Assembly (NCBI RefSeq): GCF_009914755.1
Contig: NC_060930.1
DNA length: 64,000 nt
Source of the DNA: the human T2T-CHM13v2.0 reference genome, Homo sapiens
Strand: one strand, 5' to 3'
This document shows positions 38,624 to 50,970 of this stretch, one piece after another; the stretch's first letter is position 1; each line of letters opens with the position of its first letter. Under the pieces are notes generated by a model. That model saw only the letters and a program-made list of their open reading frames with translations. It was not told the origin of the DNA and ran no database searches. Both the position numbers and the translations under genes were made by a program.

Positions 38624-39166
38624 TGTTGAAGGGTGGCAGAATACACCACCTCAAAATATCAAAATATGCCACTTTTATTTTGAGCTAAAGGCATTTGAAG
38701 TCAATAGATGAAAGAAGGACGCCCGACCTTTCTTTTTCTTCCTGAAAGCAGGAGATTAACCACCCCTGCCCCCCTCCCACCTCTGTGGAAGGGGTACACC
38801 CTGTACTAGGAGGAAAAAACTTTCTTATCACCAGAGACAGGGTTGAGGCGCTGAGGGGACTGTGTATAAAGCAACCCCAGCTTGTTAGACAGACGGACCC
38901 TTATCTGCCTAGTTACTTCCACGATTCCCTGAGCCGGCCCGGGCCCCCGGGTCTTGTCATATTCAAACAATTTACTATGCTTTGTGCGACTTGGTGGGCA
39001 AGTGTTCAGCTGTCGCTGCTTCTTTGTGTCTTCATTTTCCCAAGGGGTTTCCCATGTGCACGTACAATCCCAGCTTTTCTCCTGTTAATCTGCCTTAATG
39101 TCCATTTGATTCCCAGGCCCCCTGGAGCCCCTGGGCGGGTGGAGGTGCTGTGCTGCCTCCCGTGCT
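38624..39166 (+). mobile_element. ERV1 solo LTR, MER67/MER34-group
   Basis: TGTTGAAGGGTGGCAGAATACACCACCTCAAAATAT..TTATTTTGAGCTAAAGGCA..CTTATCACCAGAGAC..GCTTTTCTCCTGTTAATCTG. Confidence 0.65.
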
Positions 39167-39544
39167 GTGCGCGCTTCTCAGCCCTCTCTGCCAGCATTTC
39201 TGTCCTGGAGCTGCAGCTGCTTTGCCTGCGTTGAGCAGGGCGCCTGCGGAGCGCAGGTGACATCAGCCACAGCCGTGCCTGCACCCGCCACCGCTCCAAT
39301 CCCCACGCAGCCCGGTCACCCGGTGCCTCCACTGCCTTGGCTGGCGCTGGGCCGGGGCCTCCAGGTTTCTGTGTCCAAAGGGCAGGAGAGAGGCGCAAGC
39401 GGGAGCTGCTCTTGCTATGCCAGGGCGGTGCTAGAGATAGACTTTGCCCTGGGCTGGGCTGTTTTCCCCCCACGCGGATCCTCACCTCCGCTTCTCCACT
39501 GGCTTTCCGCCTTTACATACGTCTATTTTAAATTTGTGTTAGGC

Positions 39545-41057
39545 ACCCCCACACTGTGACTCCCCTCAACACTGCCGCTCCCCCACGCACACAGCGGCTC
39601 CCCCAACACACGGCTGCTCCCCCCACAGCCTGCGGCTCCCCACACACGGCGGCTCATCCACATATGCTGGCTCCCCACTACGCAAGGCGTCTCCAACCCT
39701 CCAGACGGCGGCTACTCCACACACGGCGGCTCCCCCCACACACACACGGCGGTTCCCCCCACACACGGCGGTTCCCCCCACACACGGCGGCTCCCCCCCC
39801 CACACACGGCGGTTCCCCCCACACACGGCGGCTCCCCCCCACACATGGCGGCTCCCTCCCACACACGGCGGCTCCCCCCCACACACGGCGGCTCCCCCCA
39901 CACACACACGGCGGTTCCCCCCACACACGGCGGCTCCCCCCACACACGGCGGCTCCCCCCCCCACACACGGCGGCTCCCCCCCACACACGGCGGCTCCCC
40001 CCACACACACACGGCGGTTCCCCCCACACACGGCGGCTCCCCCCACACACGGCGGCTCCCCCCCACACACACGGCGGCTCCCCCCACCACACACGGCGGC
40101 TCCCCCCCCCACACACGGCGGTTCCCCCCACACACGGCGGCTCCCCCCACACACGGCGGTTCCCCCCACACACGGCGGCTCCCCCAACACACACACGGCG
40201 GCTCCCCCCCCACACACGGCGGTTCCCCCCACACACGGCGGCTCCCCCCACCACACACGGCGGCTCCCCCCCACACACGGCGGTTCCCCCCACACACGGC
40301 GGCTCCCCACACACACACACGGCGGCTCCCCCCACACACACGGCGGCTCCCCCCACCACACACGGCGGCTCCCCCCACCACACACACGGCGGCTCCCCCC
40401 CCCACACACGGCGGCTCCCCCCCACACATGGCGGCTCCCTCATACACTGCGGCTCCCCCCACCACACACGGCGGCTCCCCCCGCCACACACACTGCGGCT
40501 CCCCCCACCACACACGGCGTCTCCCTCATACACTGCGGCTCCCCCCACCACACACGGCAGCTCCCCCCCCCCACACACGGCGGCTCCCCCCCACACACGG
40601 CGGTTCCCCCCACACACGGCGGCTCCCCCCACCACACACGGCGGCTCCCCCCCCACACACGGCGGCTCCCTCATACACTGCGGCTTCCCCCCCAACACAT
40701 GACGGCTCACCCACATCTGGCGGCTCCCCCTCTACACGGCTCCCGTCTCCAACCCTCCACACGGCGGCTCCTCCACAAATACGGCGGCTCCCCCTCCCAC
40801 GGCGGCTCCCCCACACACAGCAGTTCCCACACACACACTGCGGCTCCCCCGCACATGGTGGCTTCCCCCCACCACACTGGGGTTCCCCCCCAGGGCAGCT
40901 CCCACACACACGACGGCTCCCCCCATACTGTGGCTTCCCTGCACACGACAGCTCCCCCCCCACACACCATGGTTCCCCCCACACGGTGGCTCCCCCTCAC
41001 ACAGCAGCTCCCCCGCTACACGGCGGCTCCCCCGACACGGTGGCTCCCCACACGTAA
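39545..41057. repeat. CpG-rich, C-rich VNTR, about 19-24-bp monomer (GGCGGCTCCCCCCACACAC) with degenerate flanks
   Basis: Homogeneous core about 39720-40690; diverged units at 39545-39720 and 40690-41057. Confidence 0.97.
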
Positions 41058-42170
41058 GCAGCAGCTCCCCCCACACACGGCCCTCCCCACACACACACAC
41101 CCGGCGGCTCCCCCCACCACACGGTGACTCCCCCTCACACAGCAGCTCCCCCCACACACGGCCCTCCCCCCACACACACACACCCGGCGGCTCCCCCCAC
41201 CACACGGTGACTCCCCCTCACACAGCAGCTCCCCCCACACACGGCCCTCCCCCCACACACACCTGGCGGCTCCCCCCACCACACGGTGACTCCCCCTCAC
41301 ACAGCAGCTCCCCCCACACACGGCCCTCCCCACACACACACACCCGGCGGCTCCCCCCACCACACGGTGACTCCCCCTCACACAGCAGCTCCCCCCACAC
41401 ACGGCCCTCCCCACACACACACACCCGGCGGCTCCCCCCACCACACGGTGACTCCCCCTCACACAGCAGCTCCCCCCACACACGGCCCTCCCCACACACA
41501 CACACCCGGCGGCTCCCCCCACCACACGGTGACTCCCCCTCACACAGCAGCTCCCCCCACACACGGCCCTCCCCACACACACACACCTGGCGGCTCCCCC
41601 CACCACACGGTGACTCCCCCTCACACAGCAGCTCCCCCCACACACGGCCCTCCCCACACACACACACCCGGCGGCTCCCCCCACCACACGGTGACTCCCC
41701 CTCACACAGCAGCTCCCCCCGCACACGGCCCTCCCCCCACACACACACCCGGCGGCTCCCCCCACCACACGGTGACTCCCCCTCACACAGCAGCTCCCCC
41801 CACACACGGCCCTCCCCACACACACACACCCGGCGGCTCCCCCCACCACACGGTGACTCCCCCTCACACAGCAGCTCCCCCCACACACGGCCCTCCCCAC
41901 ACACACACACCTGGCGGCTCCCCCCACCACACGGTGACTCCCCCTCACACAGCAGCTCCCCCCACACACGGCCCTCCCCACACACACACACCCGGCGGCT
42001 CCCCCCACCACACGGTGACTCCCCCTCACACAGCAGCTCCCCCCACACACGGCCCTCCCCCCACACACACACCCGGCGGCTCCCCCCACCACACGGTGAC
42101 TCCCCCTCACACAGCAGCTCCCCCCACACACGGCCCTCCCCCCACACACACACCCGGCGGCTCCCCCACA
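41058..42170. repeat. 81-bp higher-order VNTR, about 13.5 copies
   Basis: GGTGACTCC at 41123, 41206 and 41285, then every 81 nt to 42095. Confidence 0.97.
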
Positions 42171-44591
42171 CAGAGCTGGGAGGCTCCAGTACTCTCGGAG
42201 CTTGGCTGGGGCTCCTGGGGAGGGCCGTGGCTCCTCCTCACCCGCTGGGGAGCCAGGAGTTCCGTGAGTGGTTGAAGCCCTGCTGGGAGGGTTGGGCGTT
42301 TCCAGCCATTCTCACACGGCTTCTCAGCCGGGGTCTCCCACCCCGGCCCTGGCCCTGGGCCTGCCCTCACTGCCTCCTCCCCATCCCCTACCCCTAGAGG
42401 CCTCCTGCCCTGGTCACCTACGCGTCACCTAAGCCCCGAGGCCAGGCGGCTTCTTGTCTACTAAAGACTTCCGGAGAGAGGCATTCACCCTGTGGTCAGA
42501 GCTGGGGTTTCCATGGAGGAGCACCACAGCCATAAAGAAAGGTAGGGTGACCCCACCCCTCGGGCCTAGCGGTCCCGAGCCCTGAGGGGTCATTGGGTCC
42601 ACCAGGCCCTCCCGGCCTCCTTTTGTTCCCCAAACTCCCAGGGTCCTCCTGTACTTTCCACATGGCTTCCTTGCTGATCAGAGAAGTATTCCAGCGGCTC
42701 TGCTTCACCTCCTGTAAACATCAGATGACCCGGCTTAAACCTAACCACGCACATTGGATGAGTCCTTCATCCAGTGTTGAATTTCCCCCACTACATGGTG
42801 ACAATACCCTAACGTCATTTTTCCTCACATCTTTGCCATGTACACTGGGGTTCTGGGGACACCTCAACGTGCTGGGTTGAGCAATGAAAGCAAAATGGCT
42901 TTATTCGTTTCTGTCCCTGGACTCCCTTGCAGAGAGCTGAGTTGGGCGCCCTAGGCCTGCTCCAGGCTCCTGCGTCCTCCCCACGGTGCTGACGGGGCCT
43001 CTGGGGTGTCACGGGCTCCAGACATCCTCCTGCATGTTTTCTCCAATGTGTCACCACTAAGTCACACAGTGGGGACATCAAATGAGCCCCTCAGTCTTTT
43101 GTACACGTTATGCTCAGGGTCCCCTGATCTTACCCTTTTTCATTTTGGTTGACTACACTGACTGGGTGTGTCATGGGTACTGGAGAATGCATTAGGAAGA
43201 GTGTTTTCTTAAACACCAAGAGTTTTGAATGAGTCGAAAGCAAGGCAACAGCAAAAGGGGTAAGGTGAGATCAAGCCTGGGTCTTGCTGGATGGGACCAT
43301 GTAAAATGGGGCCTGTGATCGACTCACTCTATGTTTTTCCCACCGTCTCCCTCAGAATTCACACAAAATACACAACAACTAGTCTATCCTGGCCTTTTCC
43401 AAGATCACTTGTAAGGAGTAATGAGCAGCTCTGATTGAAATGCTGGGTGATACCAGGACCTCAGACATTCCATGTGAAGGGTTTTTAAGCCAGTGGAGGT
43501 TTCTAAAGTCTGAGAAAATGTCAGGGTACAGGTGGAACTCAGATTTGCCTCCCCCTTTTGGTTGCATTCTACAGGGAATTTTGGTTGTGAAGAACGTGCT
43601 TTATAATATCTTTAGGGCTTTTGTCCCTTCATCTTACATCACACTTGGCCTAAATGGTGCGGGTCCTTCCTGGGGCACCACTCCCTGAGCAGGCACAGGA
43701 GCAGGGCAGCACCTGCCCTAAATTGCAGGACAGCATAAGCACAGTCAGCCCCCAGAGCCTCAGTGACCCGGCAGGGTCAGCGGAGTCACCCGGACGGTGT
43801 TGGCCTTGCTGGTCACGGGAATTACTGCCTGATGGCCACCATGACCAGAGTTTTCAACTTGACATGCATTTTGAGGAGGACTGCGAAGGGACAGATTTGT
43901 TTGGGAAGGTGCAAGGATACAAACGTTGGTGGACGAAACTGTCACTGAGAAATGGAACATTCCAGTGCTTTGCCTTGCAGCCATCTCAAACAGGCTCCTG
44001 GGGGCCCTGGCACAGCTTCTCCTCCCAGTCGTGGGGCACAGCCAGGGCCTCTGCACTGGCCCGGTGCTTAGGAAGCCCTCTGTGTGAGTGGAAGCTGCGC
44101 ACTGTCAGGACGCACTCCACGTCCCTGAAAGAGTCTCACAAATCAGCTCCTAGCCAGTGTCTCTGGCACTGGAAAGTCTTCTCAGGAGGTGAGAATTAGA
44201 GACCCTGGGGGAGCTGCAGGGACCCCACGGAGGGACCGTCCCATAACCGAGGGAACTCATTTGGGGGACAGCAGGAAGTGCTTCGTGTGCTGAGGAAAGT
44301 CCTTGCTGGAAGCCACTTAGAGGAGTTTAAGTTTCCAGGCTTCCTTCTTTGGGACACAAACTATCCCTGTTTACACTGTCATTTCCTCTTTCCATTTCAA
44401 GTAAACAAAAGATAAAAATAAATACATCATCGTAAAAGACAGTAAGATACAATAAAATGAAAGGTCAAGTAGAGAGGCACAATAGCACAATATAAGTACA
44501 TTGTTTGTTAAAAACAAAACAAAACAAAAATTCCAAGCATAGCCTTTGTCTAAATCTAAAAGACATAAGAGGGTTGGTGAATGTTGTAAGG

Positions 44592-44899
44592 CAGCAGAGT
44601 CCAACAGAAATATAATGCAAGCCACATCTGAATTTTATATTTTCTAGGAGTCACATTAAAAAGGTAAAAAGAAACACCTAAAATTGGTATTAATGGCATA
44701 TTTTATGTTACCTGATATCATCATTTCTAGATGTAATTGTTAGAAAACTTACAAATGGGACATTTTACTATCATTGTTAAGTCTTTCAAGCCCACAGTGT
44801 GCATTTCACTCTTGCAGTTTAGCTCAGTTAGGACTGACCCACTTCAAGTGCGTAACAGCCATGCATGGCTGCCAATGGCGACCTCATGGAAGAGCTCAG
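44592..44899. mobile_element. MER33 hAT-Charlie DNA transposon
   Basis: GTCCAACAGAAATATAATGCAAGCCACAT..CACATTAAAAAGGTAAAAAGAAACA..TTCAAGTGCGTAACAGCCATGCATGGCT. Confidence 0.85.
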
Positions 44900-45267
44900 T
44901 TTCAGCATAAAAGTGGAGGCTCTCAGGTCAACATGCTGGACTGAAAAGCTTCAGCACTGGTCAGAGGCACGGACTAGGTAGGCAGCTATTAACGGGAGGA
45001 GATAAGAGCCATTAGGGAAAGGAGCCATGGGTCCTTCTATGGGGCTGACTCAGCTATGCCCTGCAAATCTGTGGTAGCTCACACTTCCACCAGGAGAAAA
45101 GGAGGGTGCCTATTTCCTCGAACTCTGGATAGAGCTGACAATCTGATTTTACATGTGTAATTTTTATTTGTTTTGCTTATTAGTAAAGCTAATAATTCTC
45201 TCTGGTTTATAGGTTATTATTATCCCTGCATTTGCGCTAAAAACAAATTATTGAACTAGAAGACTAC

Positions 45268-45702
45268 CGTTTTAGTTTGTTTTCTGTTGCTTATAACACA
45301 ATCCCTAAAACTGGGTAATCTCTAAGGAAAAGGAATTTATTTTTTACAGTTATGGAGGCTGTGAAGTGCAAGGTCAAGAGGCTGCATCTGGTGAAGACCT
45401 TCTTGCTGGTAGGGTCTCTCTACCTGGTCCTGAGGCAGTCCAGGGCATCACATGGTAAGGGGTTGAGCATACAAACATGCTAGCTCAGGGCTCTCTTCCT
45501 CTTCTTGTAAGCATACCAGTTCCATTCCCATGGTAGCCCATTAATCCACTAACCCATTCATCTATTCATTTATGAATGAATCCCTTCATGAGAGCAGAGC
45601 CCTCATGAACTGGCCACCTCCTAAAGGCCTCACCTTTCAATACTGCCACATTGAGGATTATGTTTCAGCATGAGTGTGGGAGGGAGCATTGAAACCATAG
45701 CA
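45268..45702 (-). mobile_element. MaLR solo LTR (MSTB2/MSTC-like) with perfect 5-bp TSD
   Basis: Flanked by ACTAC at 45263-45267 and 45703-45707; ends GAAACCATAGCA. Confidence 0.88.
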
Positions 45703-45839
45703 ACTACCATAGATAATTCACTCAAAATTAAGATGCAGGGGGTGGGAGAGACAGAGGATATCAACAGTAAGAGTCATGGGTGACACTGACCAAGAAACCC
45801 ACTGTCCATGTCAGCACACTGCATTTAGTGTATCCATAT

Positions 45840-46255
45840 TAGTACGCTGCCTTTTTGGTCCAGCTCCTCACCCCTCCCTATACCTACATGCTAAGCCATG
45901 TGACTTTGGATTTTCCTCTATTAGAGTCAGAGTATATTTCCTGGTCCCATTGGTGTAGATATTGGCTGTATGACTTGCTTTTGCCATCTAAGTACAGGTG
46001 GAGATGAGTGTGCCCGTTCTCAGGCTGGGACTTAGAAGATGTCTCACGTTTTTACTCACCACTCTTGAATGTCTCCCATTGATACCAAGTGGACATGGTC
46101 GCAGGAGGAGAGGCACAGGGAGCAGTTTCCCTGCTGACCTGCAGCCCTGCAGCCCGAGGCTGTGCTGTCCTGAGCATGGTAGTTTGTGCTTATGGTCCCA
46201 GGCCACTGAGTTTGGGTGGTTCGTTACAAAGCACAAATGTGGTGATAGTTTAACA
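45840..46255 (+). mobile_element. Old MaLR LTR (MLT1H/I-like)
   Basis: GCCATGTGACTTTG..TGACTTGCTTTTGCCA..GCCACTGAGTTTGGGTGGTTCGTTAC. Confidence 0.65.
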
Positions 46256-46819
46256 GGCCATGTGCAGAGACTGGAGAGGCGATAATACAGGAGAATGTCC
46301 CTACACTGAGGAAAGACTTGAGTCTCCACATCGAAGGCTGAGGGAGAATATTAGGCAAAGATACACATACAGGTGCAAACCAGCAAATTCTTTTCATTCC
46401 ACATTGAAGAAGATACTACAATTCTCCAATGGGAGTGAGGTAACTTAGAGGAAAGATAATTAGACTGACATTGGAGTCCTCATTGCAACACTACATTTAG
46501 AAAGCAATGATTGTAGAGATTTTGAGGGAAAACATGGAAATATTAGAAGCTTACACTCAGCCAAACTATTGTTCAACTTTGCTTGTGAAAGAGATTTTAC
46601 CACCATACACTTTAAAAAAAAACAAAAAACAAAATTCATGAAATATACCAACCACACCAAAACTAAAAACTCCCCAAAGATGTAGAATTCAACTCCAAAA
46701 TCTATTCTTTTTCCACTTCCCATCTTTTTCAAAAATATGTTCTGAGCAGCATGAGCCCCACAAGATGTTCATAATCATGGAATTGGTTGGTCTACTAGGG
46801 CCAGGAAGCATTCACACTT

Positions 46820-47020
46820 CATTAGCAGTAACAGTTATGAGTACGCCACAGCCATTGCGCCCACGTATTCACTCCTCATTTAGTTTTCTCCACTGCTCCA
46901 CAATGTAGGGACAACTATTGCCACCACATCACAGAAGGAAAGTGAGTCATGAGGACGCTGAGCAGCTTGCTGAAGGTTGCAGAGTGAGTAGGTAACAGAG
47001 CTGGGTGTCCCAGCACTCTG
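46820..47020 (-). mobile_element. MIR fragment
   Basis: CACAATGTAGG..CACAGAAGGAAAGTGAGTCATGAG..CTTGCTGAAGGTTGCAGAGTGAGTAGG. Confidence 0.55.
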
Positions 47021-47615
47021 GTGTTCTGCTGCCTCCTACACAGATCTCTAATGGACCACCATCCTCCAGGCATCTGCACAGCCATGTGTGTCCACACTTA
47101 CCATGGTATTGTCTGTGTCAGAAAGAAACTCAAGTAGCCACAGACCAGGAAAAAGTGTCCACCTGCTGCCTCAGTCTCACAGCACTTCCTCTCCTGCAGG
47201 GAGGTGCCCTTCCCAGTCCCTGTGTCTGAGTCTTCTGTGTTGCTGGCCCTAGGTCTCTGTGTTGTGAGTCCTAGGGATAAGTATGTGATACTGGGGGTGG
47301 GCAGTCATTCCCCTACCCCTCCTGGATACAGGGACAGGCCTGGGGTAGGCATGTGACACAAGCTAAGGATGCAGGAGGCCTTTTCTGAATGTTATTTTAA
47401 AGAAAAGGGAAGAAGACTTTGCTTTTTGAGTTGCACAATTTGAAGGCTGTGGATTGGGAATGCCGGAAGGCTAGGAATCACCTTCCACGACAGATGAAGG
47501 AATCCTGTCTGCTATAGGCAAGAATGAGACTGAATAAAAAAAGAGGGAAGGAGAGCAGAGTGGAGTGCAAAGAAGGGGAAGGAGAAGAACAAGGACAAAG
47601 TCAGGAAGAGGGTAG

Positions 47616-48387
47616 TGTATACGTCAGCTCAAGCTGTTGTAACAAAATGCCACAAACTGGGTGGCTTAAACAGCGTAAATTTATTTTCTCACAGTTCTAG
47701 AGGCTGGAAGTCTAAGGTCAATGTGCCCATTGGTTTGGTTCCTGGTGCTCTTCCTGGCTTGTAGAAAGCCCCATCCACTATGTGCTTGCCATGGTTTGAA
47801 TGTATCCCCCAAATTTCATGTGTTTGAAACTTAATCCCCAATGCTACAGTGTTGAGCAATGGAACCTTGAAGAGGTGATTAGATCATGAAAGCTCTGCCT
47901 TTATGAATGGATAAATTGTTGTTATCTTGGGAGTATCATGGGAGTGGGTTCTCACGGGAGTGGGTTCCTGACGAAAGGATAATTTAGCCCCCTCCATTGC
48001 TCTCTGGGGCACCCTCTTGCCCTTCCATCTTCTGCTGTGGATTAACATAGCATGAAGGCCCTCACCAGATGCCAGCATCATGCTCTTGGACTTCCCAGTC
48101 TCCAGAATCATGATCCAAATACATTTTGTTCATTATAAATTACCCCTTTTGTGGTCTTCTGTCCTAGAAACACAAACAGCATAAAGAATGTTATATGGGT
48201 TCACTCAGAGAAACCTATCTCTGGTGTCTTTTCTTACAAGGGCACTCACCTCATCATGAAGGTCCACAATCATGACCTCATCTAAACCTAATTATCTCCC
48301 AAAGGCCTCCCTCCAAATATCATCACACTGGGGTTAGGACTTCAACAAATGAAGAGGGAGAGGGACACAAATGTTTAGCTCATAACA
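47616..48387 (-). mobile_element. MaLR LTR, MLT1A-like, split by an MST LTR
   Basis: TGTAT..CCACAAACTGGGTGGCTTAAACA..TCTCACAGTTCTAGAGGCTGGAAGTC; resumes ..TCATGACCTCATCTAAACCTAATTA..CATAACA; flanks GGTAG / GGAAG. Confidence 0.82.
47787..48188 (+). mobile_element. MaLR solo LTR, MST-type (MSTB2/C/D)
   Basis: TGCCATGGTTTGAATGTATCCCCCAAATTTCATGTGTTTGAAACTTAATCCCCAATG..GAAGGCCCTCACCAGATGCC..TTGGACTTCCCAGTCTCCAGAA. Confidence 0.85.
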
Positions 48388-48527
48388 GGAAGGGAAGGGA
48401 AAAGGGAAGGAAGAGAGGAAGAGAGATCTAACAACCTCATTTGAGTCCCTGGATCCAGTCATATCTGAAGCAAGAAATCTATTTGTGACATTTCTAGTTA
48501 AAAGCATCAATAGATCCCTTTTTAATC

Positions 48528-48727
48528 TTAAACTGTATTGAATTGGATTTTTGATATTCGCAATTACAATAGCTTTGATTAATTCGTAACATGCATCTAC
48601 AAAGTGAAAAACCACACAGTCATTAATGTTAAAGTGTATTGAATTGGATTTTTGATATTCGCAATTACAATAGCTTTGATTAATTAATAACATACATCTA
48701 CAAAGTGAAAAACCACACAGTCATTAA
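48528..48727. repeat. Two-copy tandem duplication, 101-bp period
   Basis: TGTATTGAATTGGATTTTTGATATTCGCAATTAC at 48534 and 48635; about 4 mismatches. Confidence 0.95.
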
Positions 48728-48979
48728 GAGTAATGAGAGGAATCTATATAAACTATTAAGGAAAGGGGCACACAATATATTGTTTATAGTAAAAAGGAAG
48801 TTGCTGAGCAGGAGATATAGCATGATACTATTTAAGATGGAATGTACCATATGCATATATTTATATGTGTGCAAATATTTCTATGTGTGGAAAGGAAGAT
48901 AGAAACAGTGGTTATCTTCAGCATTGGGGATGATAGTGGTTATAGGGTTAGGAGAGTTGACTTACTTTACACATGTCTC

Positions 48980-49003
48980 TGTGTGTGTGTGTGTGTGTGT
49001 GTG
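48980..49003. repeat. (TG)n microsatellite, about 12 units
   Basis: Directly visible. Confidence 0.9.
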
Positions 49004-49024
49004 AGAGTGTGTATGGTGTTGGGC

Positions 49025-49691
<667 letters not shown>

Positions 49692-49954
49692 TAATTTGTA
49701 ATAAAAATAATTAAAATGCACGTTTCATTTTGAAAAAAAAATTTGTTTTACCTGGAAAGTTTTTTTCTATTATTTATTTTATGAATGTCTCTCTTTTTTC
49801 ACCTCTATTGTCTTCTTTTAGAATTAAAATTTTACAGATTTGTGATTTCTGGGCTTAGAGTTTATATAATTTCCATCTTTGTACTCTTTCCTTGCACAAT
49901 CTTAGGGACTTTCTTGAGTTTTTGTTATGATTAGCCAAATTAACTTCTGCAATA

Positions 49955-50202
49955 CAGATTGATTCTGTTTTATCTGAAATACTTAGGACCAGAAGTGTTT
50001 TAGATTTGGGCAATTTGGGGAAGGGGATTTTAGAATATTTGCATTATACTTACTGGTTGAACATCGCTAATCCCAAAATCCAAAATCCAAAATACTCCAA
50101 TGATCATTTTTTTTTTTTTTGAGCATCATGTTGGTGTTCAAAAGGTTTCAGATTTTGGAGCATGTCAGATTTTAGACTTTTGGATTAAAGATACTTGACC
50201 TG
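49955..50202. mobile_element. Tigger4a (MER46A/Zombi)-like DNA transposon
   Basis: CAGATTGA..GGACCAGAAGTGTTT..AATATTTGCATTATACTTACTGGTTGA..GATACTTGACCTG with TA on both sides. Confidence 0.88.
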
Positions 50203-50611
50203 TACAGAATGTGATTCCAGTGTTTATTTAGTTTTCCACTGAAAGCACGACATTCACAAGAACCCTCACATACGGTGATAGACATCTGGCTGATTTTCAC
50301 ACAGTGGACACACCCCAGTAACCAAGTAACCAGCACCCAGATCAGAAACAGAACATCGCCAACATCTTAGAACCCTTCTCATCACCTTGTAACCACAAAC
50401 TCCTGGAGGCCTCCGCTTTCTGGAAGCATAGAATTTATTTGTGGGTACTTGGACTTCATGTCAATGGAACCCTGAGGTATCTATGCCTGGGTGTCTGGCT
50501 TCTTTGGCAGCTCCTGCCTGTGGAATTCATTCACATGGTTGCACGCAGCCAAGCACTTCCATCCTCATTGCTGGTTAGGGTTGCACTGTGTGAAGAATAC
50601 AGCTGATTGCC

Positions 50612-50739
50612 CCGGATGCAGCTTTGTGCTTAGTGATCACCCACCAGATGCAGCTTTGAAATTTGTGATCACCAACCAGATGCAGCTTTGTGCTTAGTGA
50701 TCACCGACCAGATGCAGCTTTGTACTTAGTGATCACCAA
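50612..50739. repeat. Tandem repeat, 32-bp period, 4 copies
   Basis: GATGCAGCTTTG at 50615, 50647, 50679 and 50711; each unit has the palindrome GTGATCAC. Confidence 0.93.
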
Positions 50740-50970
50740 TTTTCATCTCGGGGGCTCTTCTCTGATCTGTCATCCTCTCTTCATGTTAACCTGCTCTGGT
50801 TTCACGGACAGACTATCCCTTTATAAAACTGAAAACCTGAAAACCTCCCTTCTCTTTATTTGGTTTTAATTTTGATTCCTAAAGGTATTTTTTGTTTAAA
50901 ATAAAAAGAACCCTTCAGCTGTTGGGTGGCATTTTCAGGTAGTTCATCTTTCCAGGAACGAGCGTCTGTG

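Larger units (their letters stand above)
39160..42620. promoter_or_regulatory. CpG-island-like domain largely made of VNTR
   Basis: Very high GC and CpG density (CGGCGG in most monomers) extending into unique flanks; regulatory function not shown. Confidence 0.45.
47280..48590 (+). mobile_element. Old MaLR LTR (MLT1J/K-like) interrupted by two younger MaLR LTRs
   Basis: 5' part GGCATGTGACACAAGCT; 3' part TTTGAGTCCCTGGATCCAGTCATATCTGAAGC..TCCCTTTTT..TTGAATTGGATTTT. Confidence 0.55.

Noticed and set aside
39545-42170. PRDM9-A motif (CCNCCNTNNCCNC) or AP-1 site in the C-rich VNTR
   Set aside because: I found no exact PRDM9 13-mer in the consensus units, and TGACTCC is not the AP-1 consensus TGACTCA. 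A PWM scan would be needed to exclude weak matches.
39556-42397. Multiple 250-520-aa ORFs on both strands
   Set aside because: They are translations of the VNTR; the 81-bp unit is a multiple of 3 and the sequence is poor in stop codons.
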